Assembly (NCBI GenBank): GCA_016293615.1
Contig: JAEDDX010000002.1
Coordinates: 27,183 to 91,182 of the forward strand
From: Acetatifactor sp.
GTDB taxonomy: Bacteria > Bacillota > Clostridia > Lachnospirales > Lachnospiraceae
Reading direction: 5' to 3'
Length of the DNA stretch: 64,000 nucleotides
Shown here: in pieces, positions 39,735 through 49,414 of the stretch
How positions within the stretch are numbered: the stretch's first letter is position 1
How the letters are laid out: each line of letters begins with the position of its first letter
Position numbers and translations under genes: made by a program
Notes under the pieces: model-generated
Seen by the model: the letters and a program-made list of their open reading frames with translations, nothing else
What the model was told of the DNA's origin: nothing
The model's database searches: none

Positions 39735-41981
39735 TTACCTCTTTTCTGTGTGATTTGTCGTGCCTCTCTTAGAACCCTTTTTGTCGGTATCAGGGCTGAA
39801 TGTCAGAATACTGAGTGAAAGAGGGGCAAGCTTTATGGATAGGGAGTTCCTACAGTCATCGGATTCCGCCTCTTTTGAGTGCTTTGCTCTCAGATTGCAT
39901 ACTCCCGTTCCGCCGTATTTTGTATGATCGGAATTAAAAATTTCTTTATATTTGCCGGGTTTTGGCACACCGGTTGTAATGTTTCTTCCGATACCCGAAA
40001 AATTCGCTATCACAAGAAGAAAATCATCTTCGTTCCTGCCCCTGCGCAGAAAAGCAAGATAGCTCTCTTCGGCAGCGATATGATTGATCCATTGAAAACC
40101 TTCCGGTTCGTTGTCAAGTTCGTACAGTGCAGGCGACTTTCGATACAGCAGGTTCAGATCGCTGACAAGCTGTGCGATACCCTCATGCTCTTTGACATTT
40201 CTGAGGTTCCATTCAACACAACGACTCTCATTCCACTCATCATACTCGCCTAAATCCTGCCCCATAAACAAGAGCTTTTTCCCTGGATGCATAAACTGGT
40301 AGGCGTAAGTGAGTCTGAGATTCGCGAACTGTTCCTCTCTGCTGCCCGGCATCTTACCAAGCATGGTCGCTTTGCCGTGTACCACCTCGTCATGTGAGAA
40401 GGGGAGCATGAATTTCTCGCTGTAAGCATAGATCATGCTGAAGGTCAGGGTATTATGGTGGTATTTCCTGTAGATTGGATCCTGCCTGATATAGGAAAGG
40501 TAATCATTCATAAAGCCCATGTTCCACTTGAAATCAAAGCCAAGACCGCCCTTCTCCAGCGGAGTCGTTACCCCGGGAAAAGCAGTACTGTCCTCCGCAA
40601 TCATCATGACGCCGGGATTTCTTCGGTGCATGACAGAATTTAAGTGTTTGAGCATCTCAATGGCTTCCAGGTTTTCGTTGCCCCCGTACATATTCGGTAT
40701 CCACTCACCGTCATTTCTGCCATAGTCCAGGTACAGCATGCTGGCCACCGCATCCATCCGGATACCGTCCGCATGATATTTTTCCACCCAGAACAGGGCA
40801 TTTGCAATCAGGTAGTTGGAAACCTCGGGTCTGCCGTAGTTATAAATCAAAGTTCCCCAATGAGGATGACATCCCTGCCTAGGATCCCTGTGCTCGTACA
40901 GACAGGTTCCGTCAAAGTCACAGAGTCCGTGCAGGTCTCTCGGAAAATGCGCCGGTACCCAGTCTAAGATCACGCCGATCCCCGCCTTGTGCATTTCATT
41001 GACAAAGTACATAAAGTCCTTGGGCGTTCCGTATCTTGCCGTCGGTGCATAGTAACCGATCACCTGATATCCCCAGGAGGCGTCAAAGGGATGCTCCATC
41101 ACAGGCATGAGCTCGACATGCGTATAGCCCATCTCCTTGATATAGGGAATCAGTTCTCTGGCAATGGTGCGGTAATTGACAGACCCGTCCGCTTTGACAA
41201 AGCTTCCGAGATACATTTCGTAAACACTGATCGGTTTGTCCTGATGCGCAAGCGGTCTGTTTTTGATAAATTCTGCATCCTCCCAGCCAAATCCGTCCAG
41301 GTCTGTAATCACGGATGCGGTATCCGGACGAAGCTGCGCGCTGTTGCAATAAGGATCTGCTTTCAGATAAGTCAGCCCTGATTTCAGCTTCAGTTCAAAT
41401 TTATAATTGTCACCGACCGTTGCCTGCGGAACAAAGAGTTCAAAGATACCGGAGCCTCCCAGCCTTCTCATCTGGTGTGTTCTTCCATCCCAACCGTTAA
41501 AATCGCCTACGACACTGACGCGAAGCGCCGAAGGTGCCCAGACGGCAAAGGAAGTACCGTACACGCCTTTACAGGTCATCGGATGCGCTCCGAGCTTCTC
41601 ATATACGGTATAATGGATACCGTGGGCAAATTTCTCCATATCTTCCGCGGTGATAACAGGGTCAAAACGGTAGGCATCCTCTCTGATACAGGTATTGCCG
41701 TTTTCATCCGCCAGAATATAGTGATAGTCTGTCACTGTATCAACATTCATTGGCAGCAAAGCGGCAAAGAAACCGTCTTCATCCGCCTTCTCCATCAAAA
41801 CATCCTGATTTTGATGATTAAAATGCACGGTAACACTTTCCGCTGTCGGAAAATAAGCCTGCAGAAGGGTCTGTTTCCCGACCGCATGCGGGCCAAGCAG
41901 GGCATGCGGATTGTCACATTCGGAATAGATGATTTCTTCGATCTTCGGCCAGTTCATCAGTTTATATAATTTATTGTTCAT
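39735..41981 (-). CDS. glgB: 1,4-alpha-glucan branching enzyme
   Basis: FAVWAP, SWGYQ, DWVPAHF, DGIRMDAVASM, IAEDST, SHDEVVHGK. Confidence 0.96.
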   Translation of the reverse strand: MNNKLYKLMNWPKIEEIIYSECDNPHALLGPHAVGKQTLLQAYFPTAESVTVHFNHQNQDVLMEKADEDGFFAALLPMNVDTVTDYHYILADENGNTCIREDAYRFDPVITAEDMEKFAHGIHYTVYEKLGAHPMTCKGVYGTSFAVWAPSALRVSVVGDFNGWDGRTHQMRRLGGSGIFELFVPQATVGDNYKFELKLKSGLTYLKADPYCNSAQLRPDTASVITDLDGFGWEDAEFIKNRPLAHQDKPISVYEMYLGSFVKADGSVNYRTIARELIPYIKEMGYTHVELMPVMEHPFDASWGYQVIGYYAPTARYGTPKDFMYFVNEMHKAGIGVILDWVPAHFPRDLHGLCDFDGTCLYEHRDPRQGCHPHWGTLIYNYGRPEVSNYLIANALFWVEKYHADGIRMDAVASMLYLDYGRNDGEWIPNMYGGNENLEAIEMLKHLNSVMHRRNPGVMMIAEDSTAFPGVTTPLEKGGLGFDFKWNMGFMNDYLSYIRQDPIYRKYHHNTLTFSMIYAYSEKFMLPFSHDEVVHGKATMLGKMPGSREEQFANLRLTYAYQFMHPGKKLLFMGQDLGEYDEWNESRCVEWNLRNVKEHEGIAQLVSDLNLLYRKSPALYELDNEPEGFQWINHIAAEESYLAFLRRGRNEDDFLLVIANFSGIGRNITTGVPKPGKYKEIFNSDHTKYGGTGVCNLRAKHSKEAESDDCRNSLSIKLAPLSLSILTFSPDTDKKGSKRGTTNHTEKR

Positions 41982-42015
41982 AAAACCTCCGTCATTTGGG
42001 AATTGTTTTTTGAGT

Positions 42016-43257
42016 TTATCCTAAATCATGCAAAAACAAACCGCTTCTTAATTTAGGCTCAAACCAGGTTGATTTGGGCGGCATCAGCAGACCGGCGTCC
42101 GCTACCTGTATCAATTCATTTACAGAAGTCGGATACATGGAAAAAGCAAGCTTCATATCCGTATGAACACGCCTCTCCAGCTCTTCCAGGCCGCGTATTC
42201 CGCCGACAAAATCAATTCTCTTGTCTGTCTTCGGGTCGTTGATTCCCAATATGGGGGCCAGCAGGTAATCCTGAAGGACAGATACATCCAGCCCTTTGAC
42301 AGGATCGTTTGAAATCACTTCTTCCTTCGCAGTCAGGCAATACCACCGATCCTCCAGATACATTCCGAAGGTATGACTCTTTTTAGGGCGATACGGTTCG
42401 TCCCCGGCACAGGGTGTAACGAGGAAAGACTCAGAAATCTTTCTTAAGAATTCCTCGCTGCTGTAACCATTCAGGTCTTTTACCACACGGTTATAATCAT
42501 AAATGCGAAGCTCATTTTCCTGAAACAGGACGCACAGGATACGATTGAATTCCTCCTCCCCGGTATAGTCGGGATGTTCCTCCCGTCTCTTCAGCCCTAC
42601 CTTTACGGCTGAGGCACATCTGTGATGCCCGTCCGCAATATAGATTGCACGGATCTCGGCAAACCGATTTTGAATCGCTGCTATCCTGTCCTCATCGGCA
42701 ATGAGCCAGACGCGGTGGACGATCCCGTCTTCCGAGATAAAATCATACAGAGGCTTATCTTCTTTGATTTGTAAAATCATGTCGTGCAGAACTTCATCAG
42801 ACCGGTAAGTCAAAAAAATTGGCCCGGTCTGCATATTGCAGACATCGACATGATTGATTCTGTCCTGCTCCTTATCGGCGCGCGTGTTTTCATGCTTTTT
42901 GATCACACCGTTTATATAATCGTCTATGGACGCACAGGCAACGATTCCTGTCTGCATTCTTCCCTGAAATGTCTGCTCATACAGATAAAAACAGGGCTTG
43001 TCTTCCTGTACAAACCTTCCTTCCCGAATCCATTGCTGCAACAATGCGGAAGCTCTCTCGTAGACTTGTGGTGCATAGGTATCCACAGATGCATCAAAAC
43101 CGGTCTCCGCACGGTCGATCGCCAGGAAGGAGGAGGGATTATTCCGCACGATTTCACATGCTTCCGCTCTGTTATATACATCATAAGGCAGTGCAGCGAT
43201 TGTCTTTGCCAGCGCAGGCGCCGGCCGATATGCTGCAAAAGGTTTTATTTGGGCCAT
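42016..43257 (-). CDS. DUF1015 family protein (ParB/Srx-like motif)
   Basis: LPYDV, IKKHENT, YIADGHHR, MPPKSTWFEPKLRSGL; ATG 43257 after GAAAGGA. Confidence 0.9.
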   Translation of the reverse strand: MAQIKPFAAYRPAPALAKTIAALPYDVYNRAEACEIVRNNPSSFLAIDRAETGFDASVDTYAPQVYERASALLQQWIREGRFVQEDKPCFYLYEQTFQGRMQTGIVACASIDDYINGVIKKHENTRADKEQDRINHVDVCNMQTGPIFLTYRSDEVLHDMILQIKEDKPLYDFISEDGIVHRVWLIADEDRIAAIQNRFAEIRAIYIADGHHRCASAVKVGLKRREEHPDYTGEEEFNRILCVLFQENELRIYDYNRVVKDLNGYSSEEFLRKISESFLVTPCAGDEPYRPKKSHTFGMYLEDRWYCLTAKEEVISNDPVKGLDVSVLQDYLLAPILGINDPKTDKRIDFVGGIRGLEELERRVHTDMKLAFSMYPTSVNELIQVADAGLLMPPKSTWFEPKLRSGLFLHDLG

Positions 43258-43305
43258 GTCAGTCTTCCTTTCGACTTGAATTTTTCTTAAGAATAGTTTA
43301 TTATT

Positions 43306-43521
43306 ACTTCGTGCTCTCCGTGCTGCTGCGCAGCACATTTGCTCGTTAATCGCACAGGAAAACCAAATGCCGCCTGCGCGCCCTCTGGTTTTCTTCTGTG
43401 CTTCGGTTCACTCGCAAATCCGCACTTCGTGCTCTCCGTGCTGCTGCCCAGCACATTTGCTCGTTAATCGCACAGGAAAACCAAATGCCGCCTGCGGCGT
43501 CGCTTGGTTTTCTTCTGTGCT
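43306..43521. repeat. Tandem palindromic intergenic repeat, 118-bp period, about 1.8 copies
   Basis: Units start at 43306 and 43424 (ACTTCGTGCTCTCCGTGCTG...) and are nearly identical except in the hairpin loops. Confidence 0.9.
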
Positions 43522-43566
43522 GATTATATCATAAAATTTTGGAAATGAACAGAAAGGAAATGAACT

Positions 43567-43848
43567 ATGACGGAAGAAAATAAACAATTGCTGGAAAGAA
43601 TTAACTCTTATGCAGAAAGTGTTCTCGGTGAGATTGACCCTCAGAAGGTGCAGGTTTCTGCCCAGCTGGATCAGCTCAAGCCGATCATGCAGGAGATCGC
43701 TGATGAAAAAGGCATGTCTCTTGCCGATGTCTTTATTTTGTATATGGACCTTCAGAGCGAAGCTTCCTGTGCAAGCAATGCAAAGCTGAAAGAAAGCCTG
43801 AGTGACCTAAATGACGGCGACGGTTCGATGCCGCTTCTGTTCCGTTAA
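43567..43848 (+). CDS. Hypothetical protein, 93 aa
   Basis: RBS GAAAGGA, fills the intergenic gap, followed by a terminator. Confidence 0.7.
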   Translation: MTEENKQLLERINSYAESVLGEIDPQKVQVSAQLDQLKPIMQEIADEKGMSLADVFILYMDLQSEASCASNAKLKESLSDLNDGDGSMPLLFR

Positions 43849-43875
43849 CCACAGATTTTTCATGGAATCGAACAC

Positions 43876-43920
43876 AAAAAAGACCCGAACTGTGTAACTA
43901 TCACAATTCGGGTCTTTTTT
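43876..43920. terminator. Bidirectional terminator (serA and the small ORF)
   Basis: AAAAAAGACCCGAAcTGTG...CACAaTTCGGGTCTTTTTT. Confidence 0.85.
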
Positions 43921-43943
43921 ATTGTCACTCCTGTACAGTATTT

Positions 43944-45107
43944 TTACTTCACGATTCGTACACGGAACACTCCGTCAATCCGAGACAGTGCTTCAATGAC
44001 TTCAGCAGTAGGTACGCTCTCCACATCAAGCATGGTATATGCAACATCTCCGCGGGACTTATTTGTCATATCACTGATATTGATGCCGTTGGTGCCGAAT
44101 ACGGTGGTAAACTGGGAAATCATGTTTGCAATGTTTTTGTGGAAGATTGCAATTCGTCCGGCTTTTGTGCAGACACCCATATCACATGCGGGATAGTTGA
44201 CACTGTTCTTGATATTACCGTTCTCAAGATAATCCATCATCTCTGCAACTGCCATCACGGCACAGTTGTCTTCGGACTCTTCCGTGCTTGCTCCCAGGTG
44301 AGGGATTACAATACATCCCTTCTGTCCTGCCGTGGTAGGATTCGGGAAGTCGGATACATAACGGGCAATCTTGCCGCTCTGCAGGCCTTCCAATACATCC
44401 TTTTCATTTGCAAGCAGATCTCTTGCAAAGTTCAGAAGGATGACACCCTCTTTCATCTTGGCGATAGAGACAGCATTGATCATGCCCTTGGTGGAATCCA
44501 TCAGAGGGACATGGATGGTGATATAATCACACTCCGCATAAATATCGTCGACATTCAGCACATGCTTTACGGAACGGCTCAGGTTCCAGGCAGCATTGAC
44601 GGAAAGATAAGGGTCGTAGCCGTAAACCTCCATACCGAGCGCTATAGCTGCGTTTGCAACCTTAACACCGATCGCACCGAGACCGATGACACCAAGCTTC
44701 TTGCCCTGGATTTCAGTACCGGCGAAGTTCTTCTTCTCCTTCTCTGCAGCCTTTGCAATGTCAGCGTTGTCTGCGGAAGCCTTAACCCATTCGATACCGC
44801 CTACCACATCACGCGCTGCCAGCAGCATGCCTGCAATTACAAGCTCCTTTACACCGTTTGCATTTGCACCGGGTGTGTTGAATACGACAACCCCCTTCTC
44901 GGCACACTTGTCAAGGGGAATATTGTTGACGCCGGCACCCGCTCTTGCAACTGCCAGAAGACTTGCGGGAATCTCCATCTCATGCATGGAAGCACTTCTG
45001 ACCAGAACACCGTCAGCTTCATTGATGTCTGCGGTGATCTGATACTGTGCGGAAAAATTCTTTAAACCTATATCTGCAATAGGATTCAGACAATTAATTT
45101 TAAACAT
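43944..45107 (-). CDS. serA: D-3-phosphoglycerate dehydrogenase with C-terminal ACT domain
   Basis: RAGAGVNNI, NTPGANA, GLGAIG, NFAR, PHLGAST; directly after serC. Confidence 0.92.
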   Translation of the reverse strand: MFKINCLNPIADIGLKNFSAQYQITADINEADGVLVRSASMHEMEIPASLLAVARAGAGVNNIPLDKCAEKGVVVFNTPGANANGVKELVIAGMLLAARDVVGGIEWVKASADNADIAKAAEKEKKNFAGTEIQGKKLGVIGLGAIGVKVANAAIALGMEVYGYDPYLSVNAAWNLSRSVKHVLNVDDIYAECDYITIHVPLMDSTKGMINAVSIAKMKEGVILLNFARDLLANEKDVLEGLQSGKIARYVSDFPNPTTAGQKGCIVIPHLGASTEESEDNCAVMAVAEMMDYLENGNIKNSVNYPACDMGVCTKAGRIAIFHKNIANMISQFTTVFGTNGINISDMTNKSRGDVAYTMLDVESVPTAEVIEALSRIDGVFRVRIVK

Positions 45108-45121
45108 TTCTGACTTCTCCT

Positions 45122-46207
45122 TTATTTCAGGTTTGCTTTCTCGAATTCTTTCATGAACTCAACCAGCTTCTCAACGCCCTCGATCGGCATTGCATTGTAG
45201 ATGCTTGCTCTCATACCGCCGACGGTTCTATGTCCCTTCAGGTTTTCAAAGCCTGCAGCCTTTGCCTCTTTTACGAACTTGGCATCCAGATCTGCATCAC
45301 CGGTTACGAAAGGAACATTCATCAGGGAACGGTCTTCCTTGCGCACGGTACCCTTAAAGAGCTTGCTCTCATCAAGATAATCATAGAGGATCTTCGCCTT
45401 CTTCTCATTATGAGCCTTCATTGCCTCAAGGCCGCCCATCTTCTTAATCCACTTGAATACCTTGCCGCAGATATAGATGCCGTATGCGGGAGGGGTATTG
45501 TACAGGGATGCATTGTCAGCATGGATCTTGTAACGAAGCATGGTAGGTGTTCCGGGAAGGACATCCTCGGTAATCAGATCCTCACGGATGATAACGATAA
45601 CGACACCTGCAGGCCCGATATTCTTCTGCACGCCGCCGTAGATCACACCGTACTTGGTTACATCAACGGGCTCGGAAAGGAAGCAGCTGGAGACATCTGC
45701 TACAAGGGGCTTACCCTTTGTGTTGGGCAGAGTCTTGAACTTGGTTCCGTAAATGGTGTTATTCTCACAAATATAAACATAGTCGGCATCTTCACTGATG
45801 GGAAGGTCGGAGCAGTCAGGGATATAAGAGAAAGTCTGATCTTCGGAGCTTGCGATCTTGTTTGCCTTACCGTAGATGCAAGCCTCCTGATATGCTTTCT
45901 TAGCCCACTGACCGGTGACAATGTAATCAGCCACTTTATTCTTCATCAGGTTCATGGGAATCATTGCAAACTGCTGGCTCGCACCACCCTGCAGGAAAAG
46001 AACCTTGTAGTTATCAGGAATGTTCATCAGTTCTCTCAAATCAGCTTCCGCTTCCTGAATAATTGTCTCATAAGCCTTAGATCGATGGCTCATCTCCATG
46101 ACAGACATTCCTGTCCCCTTGTAATCAAGCATTTCTTCTGCTGCTTCGCGAAGCACTTCTTCGGGAAGTACGGCAGGTCCGGCTGAGAAATTATACACTC
46201 TGGACAT
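45122..46207 (-). CDS. serC: Phosphoserine aminotransferase
   Basis: YNFSAGPA, EMSHRS, QKNIGPAG, YNTPP, GHRTVGGMRASIYNA. Confidence 0.97.
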   Translation of the reverse strand: MSRVYNFSAGPAVLPEEVLREAAEEMLDYKGTGMSVMEMSHRSKAYETIIQEAEADLRELMNIPDNYKVLFLQGGASQQFAMIPMNLMKNKVADYIVTGQWAKKAYQEACIYGKANKIASSEDQTFSYIPDCSDLPISEDADYVYICENNTIYGTKFKTLPNTKGKPLVADVSSCFLSEPVDVTKYGVIYGGVQKNIGPAGVVIVIIREDLITEDVLPGTPTMLRYKIHADNASLYNTPPAYGIYICGKVFKWIKKMGGLEAMKAHNEKKAKILYDYLDESKLFKGTVRKEDRSLMNVPFVTGDADLDAKFVKEAKAAGFENLKGHRTVGGMRASIYNAMPIEGVEKLVEFMKEFEKANLK

Positions 46208-46264
46208 TTTAGATTCCTCCTCATATTTTCATTCTTTTTTACTTTCATGTAAAAGCATAAAGTA

Positions 46265-46293
46265 AGAATAATCACTTTTATCACTTTAGTCAA
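46265..46293 (-). promoter_or_regulatory. sigmaA promoter of serC-serA
   Basis: Minus strand TTGACT-N17-TATTCT. Confidence 0.6.
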
Positions 46294-46312
46294 GTACATT
46301 GTTAAATTATTT

Positions 46313-47713
46313 TCAATAAAACATGACAACAGGCATTCCGACCTCTGCAAGCTCATACAACTGTGCAACTGCTTCCGTGGGCGTATTGATGCATCCGTGA
46401 GAGCCGTTGGTCAGGTAAATATCACCGCCGAATTCCTTTCTCCACTTTGCATCGTGGATTCCGATGTTGCCCACAACCGGAAGCCAGTACTTTACGGGAG
46501 TCGCATAATTCGGCCCGCGAAGTATCCTGTTCTTCTGTTTTTTATAGATGTAATTGACGCCCTCGGGCGTGTTCCACTTACGCTTTGCATTACCGGTGAC
46601 GATGTCTGTCTCAATCACGAGCTCACCGTCCTGATAGACATACATCCTCTGTTCCCCCATATCAACTTCCACATAGGTAGGTCCTATGTCATTCTGCCCG
46701 CGGAAGTATGCTTCTTTCAGATATACAGGGGTATGCACTTCACTGACTTTGCCGACGATTGCAGGATAAAGGTACTCTTTCTCTGCATCGAGATCGAGCA
46801 GGGTGCCGTAAGTATTATAGGTAACCTTAACAATCTCTCCTCTGGTCGCCAGAAAGTCGCGTTCCTTCTCGGCGGTATTGTACAGTTCTCCGAGCCGGTC
46901 TACCCACGCATCGACAAAGTCCTTACGAACCACAAAGGCTCCTGTTTCGTCGACTACGGGCATGTTGTCAGCATTCTTCTCCAAAAAGGAAGCCATGTCA
47001 GCAGGAGAAAAGGTAAGCTGTTCCGCTCCCATGTCATAGACGATACCGCAGTCGGTATACTCCTGCAATCTCACCCACAGCTCTCTCTGCCTTTGGTCTT
47101 CTTCGGAATCAGAGATGTCCTCATAGCAGCCGTAATCTGCAAGGTCAATTTTCCATTGCTTCTCGCCGATACTGTTCTGGATCACGGCGATGGCAGTTTC
47201 GAAATTCAAGCGATTCCGTTTGCCGTCATAGAAGGTATACCCATCCTCCTCCGAATACAGCACTTTTGTATCGGTCGGGATATCCTTCTCCGCGCTGACA
47301 AACGCAAGCCGATGAAACGCCTCGATCAATTTATCATTATTCCAACGGTAGGATTCAGGTTCTATCGTCACCTGATAGGAAGCCGCAAGGCTCCCGGTCC
47401 AATCATAATTGGCGCGCTGCTTCATGATCTTTCTGAGTGCAGATGAATAATCCGGAGTCAGATCAATGGTCTCACCTTTGATCTGATATTCCTGACCATC
47501 GCAGTCAACAACAGTCAGGTCGGGCAAAACAGACTGTCCGACAAGCTGTCCGTTGATCTCTTCAATTGTGCTTCCGGTACAATAGATGTCATTGACCCAG
47601 GTGTTGACCGCGAAGCTTTGCCTGTAATACAGTCCCAGCAATACATACACCCCGAGGAATACGATTACCGCTCCTGCAACAGGCAACAGGATTTTCGTTA
47701 GTTTCTTTTTCAT
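46313..47713 (-). CDS. L,D-transpeptidase (YkuD domain) with N-terminal membrane anchor
   Basis: N-terminal TM; TPEG, catalytic IGIHDA...GSHGCIN. Confidence 0.9.
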   Translation of the reverse strand: MKKKLTKILLPVAGAVIVFLGVYVLLGLYYRQSFAVNTWVNDIYCTGSTIEEINGQLVGQSVLPDLTVVDCDGQEYQIKGETIDLTPDYSSALRKIMKQRANYDWTGSLAASYQVTIEPESYRWNNDKLIEAFHRLAFVSAEKDIPTDTKVLYSEEDGYTFYDGKRNRLNFETAIAVIQNSIGEKQWKIDLADYGCYEDISDSEEDQRQRELWVRLQEYTDCGIVYDMGAEQLTFSPADMASFLEKNADNMPVVDETGAFVVRKDFVDAWVDRLGELYNTAEKERDFLATRGEIVKVTYNTYGTLLDLDAEKEYLYPAIVGKVSEVHTPVYLKEAYFRGQNDIGPTYVEVDMGEQRMYVYQDGELVIETDIVTGNAKRKWNTPEGVNYIYKKQKNRILRGPNYATPVKYWLPVVGNIGIHDAKWRKEFGGDIYLTNGSHGCINTPTEAVAQLYELAEVGMPVVMFY

Positions 47714-49383
47714 TCTTTAATATCGTCACCATCAAACACATCGGCAATCGGCGCACCAGCAGGCACCATTGGGAATACCTTGTCATCTTCGGGAATCAGG
47801 CATTCGATCAATACAGGCGCCTTCAGGGCAATTGCCTTTTCGATTGCGGGTTTCACTTCTTCCTTCGTTGTCACGCGGATCGCCGTGCAGCCTAAACCTT
47901 CCGCCACCTTACAGAAATCCACTTTGTCGTTGAGTACCGTCTGGGAATAGCGCTTACCGTAGAACAGGGTCTGCCACTGTCTTACCATTCCGAGTACATG
48001 ATTGTTGATGACTACCTGAATGATGGGAATGTTGTATCTGCTCGCCGTGGCAAGTTCGTTCATATTCATTCTGAAGCATCCGTCACCCGCGATATTGACA
48101 CAGATCTTATCAGGCTGGCCGACCTGCGCACCGATACATGCACCAAGGCCGTATCCCATGGTTCCGAGACCGCCGGAGGAAAGGAAGGTGCGAGGCTGTG
48201 TATACCGATAATACTGTGCCGCCCACATCTGATGCTGTCCGACATCAGTGGTTATGATGGCGTCTCCGCCTGTCACTTCGTCGATCGTCTCGATGACATA
48301 GGGGCAGGAAAGCTTGGAATTGTCATACTTTAACGGGTATTTTTCTTTCAGTTCCTTCACCGTCTGCATCCATTCACTGTGATCCTGTCTGGTCAGTTTC
48401 TGATTCAGAATGCTTAGAACCTCTTTCAGATCACCGATCACGCTCGCATCCACGCGGATGTTCTTGTTGATCTCTGCGGCATCGATATCGATGTGAACGA
48501 TCTTGGCTCCTTCGGCAAATTTCTTGGGATTACCGGTCACGCGGTCAGAAAATCTTGCGCCCAGCGCTATCAACAGGTCGCAATTGCTGACACCGAGGTT
48601 GGAAGCCTTGGTGCCGTGCATGCCGATCATACCGGTATATCTGTCGCTTCTTCCGTCAAATGCGCCTTTTCCCATCAGCGTATCACACACGGGAGCGTCA
48701 CAGAGCTCTGCAAGCTCGGCCACTTCCTTCGCAGCGCCGGAGATGATGGCACCGCCGCCGAGATAGATGAAAGGCTTCTTTGCTGCCCGGATCAGTTCTG
48801 CAACCTTGTCGATATCTGCTTCCGTATAATGTCCCTTACTGGTGATCTCAGCCGGGGTTTCGGGCAGGTACTCGCAGACTGCCGCGGTGACATCCTTTGT
48901 GATATCCACAAGGACAGGACCGGGACGACCGCTCTTTGCGATCGCAAATGCCTTCCTGATGGTAGGAGCAAGGTCATTGATATTCTTTACGATGAATCCA
49001 TGCTTCGTGATAGGCATCGTCACACCGGCGATATCGATCTCCTGAAAGGTATCCTTGCCGAGCAGGGGAAGATTCACATTTGCCGTAATTGCAACCATGG
49101 GTACAGAATCCATATATGCCGTAGCGATACCGGTTACGAGGTTCGTCGCGCCGGGGCCGCTGGTTGCAAGACATACGCCGACCTTGCCGGTTGCACGCGC
49201 ATAGCCGTCGGCGGCATGCGCTGCTCCCTGCTCATGGCTGGTAAGAATATGTGTGATCTCATCACTATGCTTATAAAGCGCATCGTAAATATTTAAGATT
49301 GTTCCTCCGGGATAACCGAAGACTGTAGTAACGCCCTGTTCTTTCAGACATTCTACAACGATTTCAGAACCGTTTAACTGCAT
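47710..49383 (-). CDS. ilvB: Acetolactate synthase large subunit, copy 2 (canonical biosynthetic type)
   Basis: FGYPGG, HEQGAAHAADGYAR, TSGPGATN, DVGQHQMW, GDGCFRMN, LGMVRQWQ; ATG 49383 after GGAGG. Confidence 0.95.
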   Translation of the reverse strand: MQLNGSEIVVECLKEQGVTTVFGYPGGTILNIYDALYKHSDEITHILTSHEQGAAHAADGYARATGKVGVCLATSGPGATNLVTGIATAYMDSVPMVAITANVNLPLLGKDTFQEIDIAGVTMPITKHGFIVKNINDLAPTIRKAFAIAKSGRPGPVLVDITKDVTAAVCEYLPETPAEITSKGHYTEADIDKVAELIRAAKKPFIYLGGGAIISGAAKEVAELAELCDAPVCDTLMGKGAFDGRSDRYTGMIGMHGTKASNLGVSNCDLLIALGARFSDRVTGNPKKFAEGAKIVHIDIDAAEINKNIRVDASVIGDLKEVLSILNQKLTRQDHSEWMQTVKELKEKYPLKYDNSKLSCPYVIETIDEVTGGDAIITTDVGQHQMWAAQYYRYTQPRTFLSSGGLGTMGYGLGACIGAQVGQPDKICVNIAGDGCFRMNMNELATASRYNIPIIQVVINNHVLGMVRQWQTLFYGKRYSQTVLNDKVDFCKVAEGLGCTAIRVTTKEEVKPAIEKAIALKAPVLIECLIPEDDKVFPMVPAGAPIADVFDGDDIKE

Positions 49384-49414
49384 AAACAAACCTCCAAAAA
49401 CTTTCGTATGTACT

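Noticed and set aside
42016..43338. N-terminal extensions in the ORF track (DUF1015, MATE, metH, ilvB(2), leuB, yajC, CapA, DUF1292)
   Set aside because: The upstream starts lack an RBS and run through repeats, terminators or promoters, so downstream starts with SD sequences were used.
43306..43521. Possible CRISPR array
   Set aside because: Only about 1.8 units of 118 bp, no unique spacers, and no cas genes.
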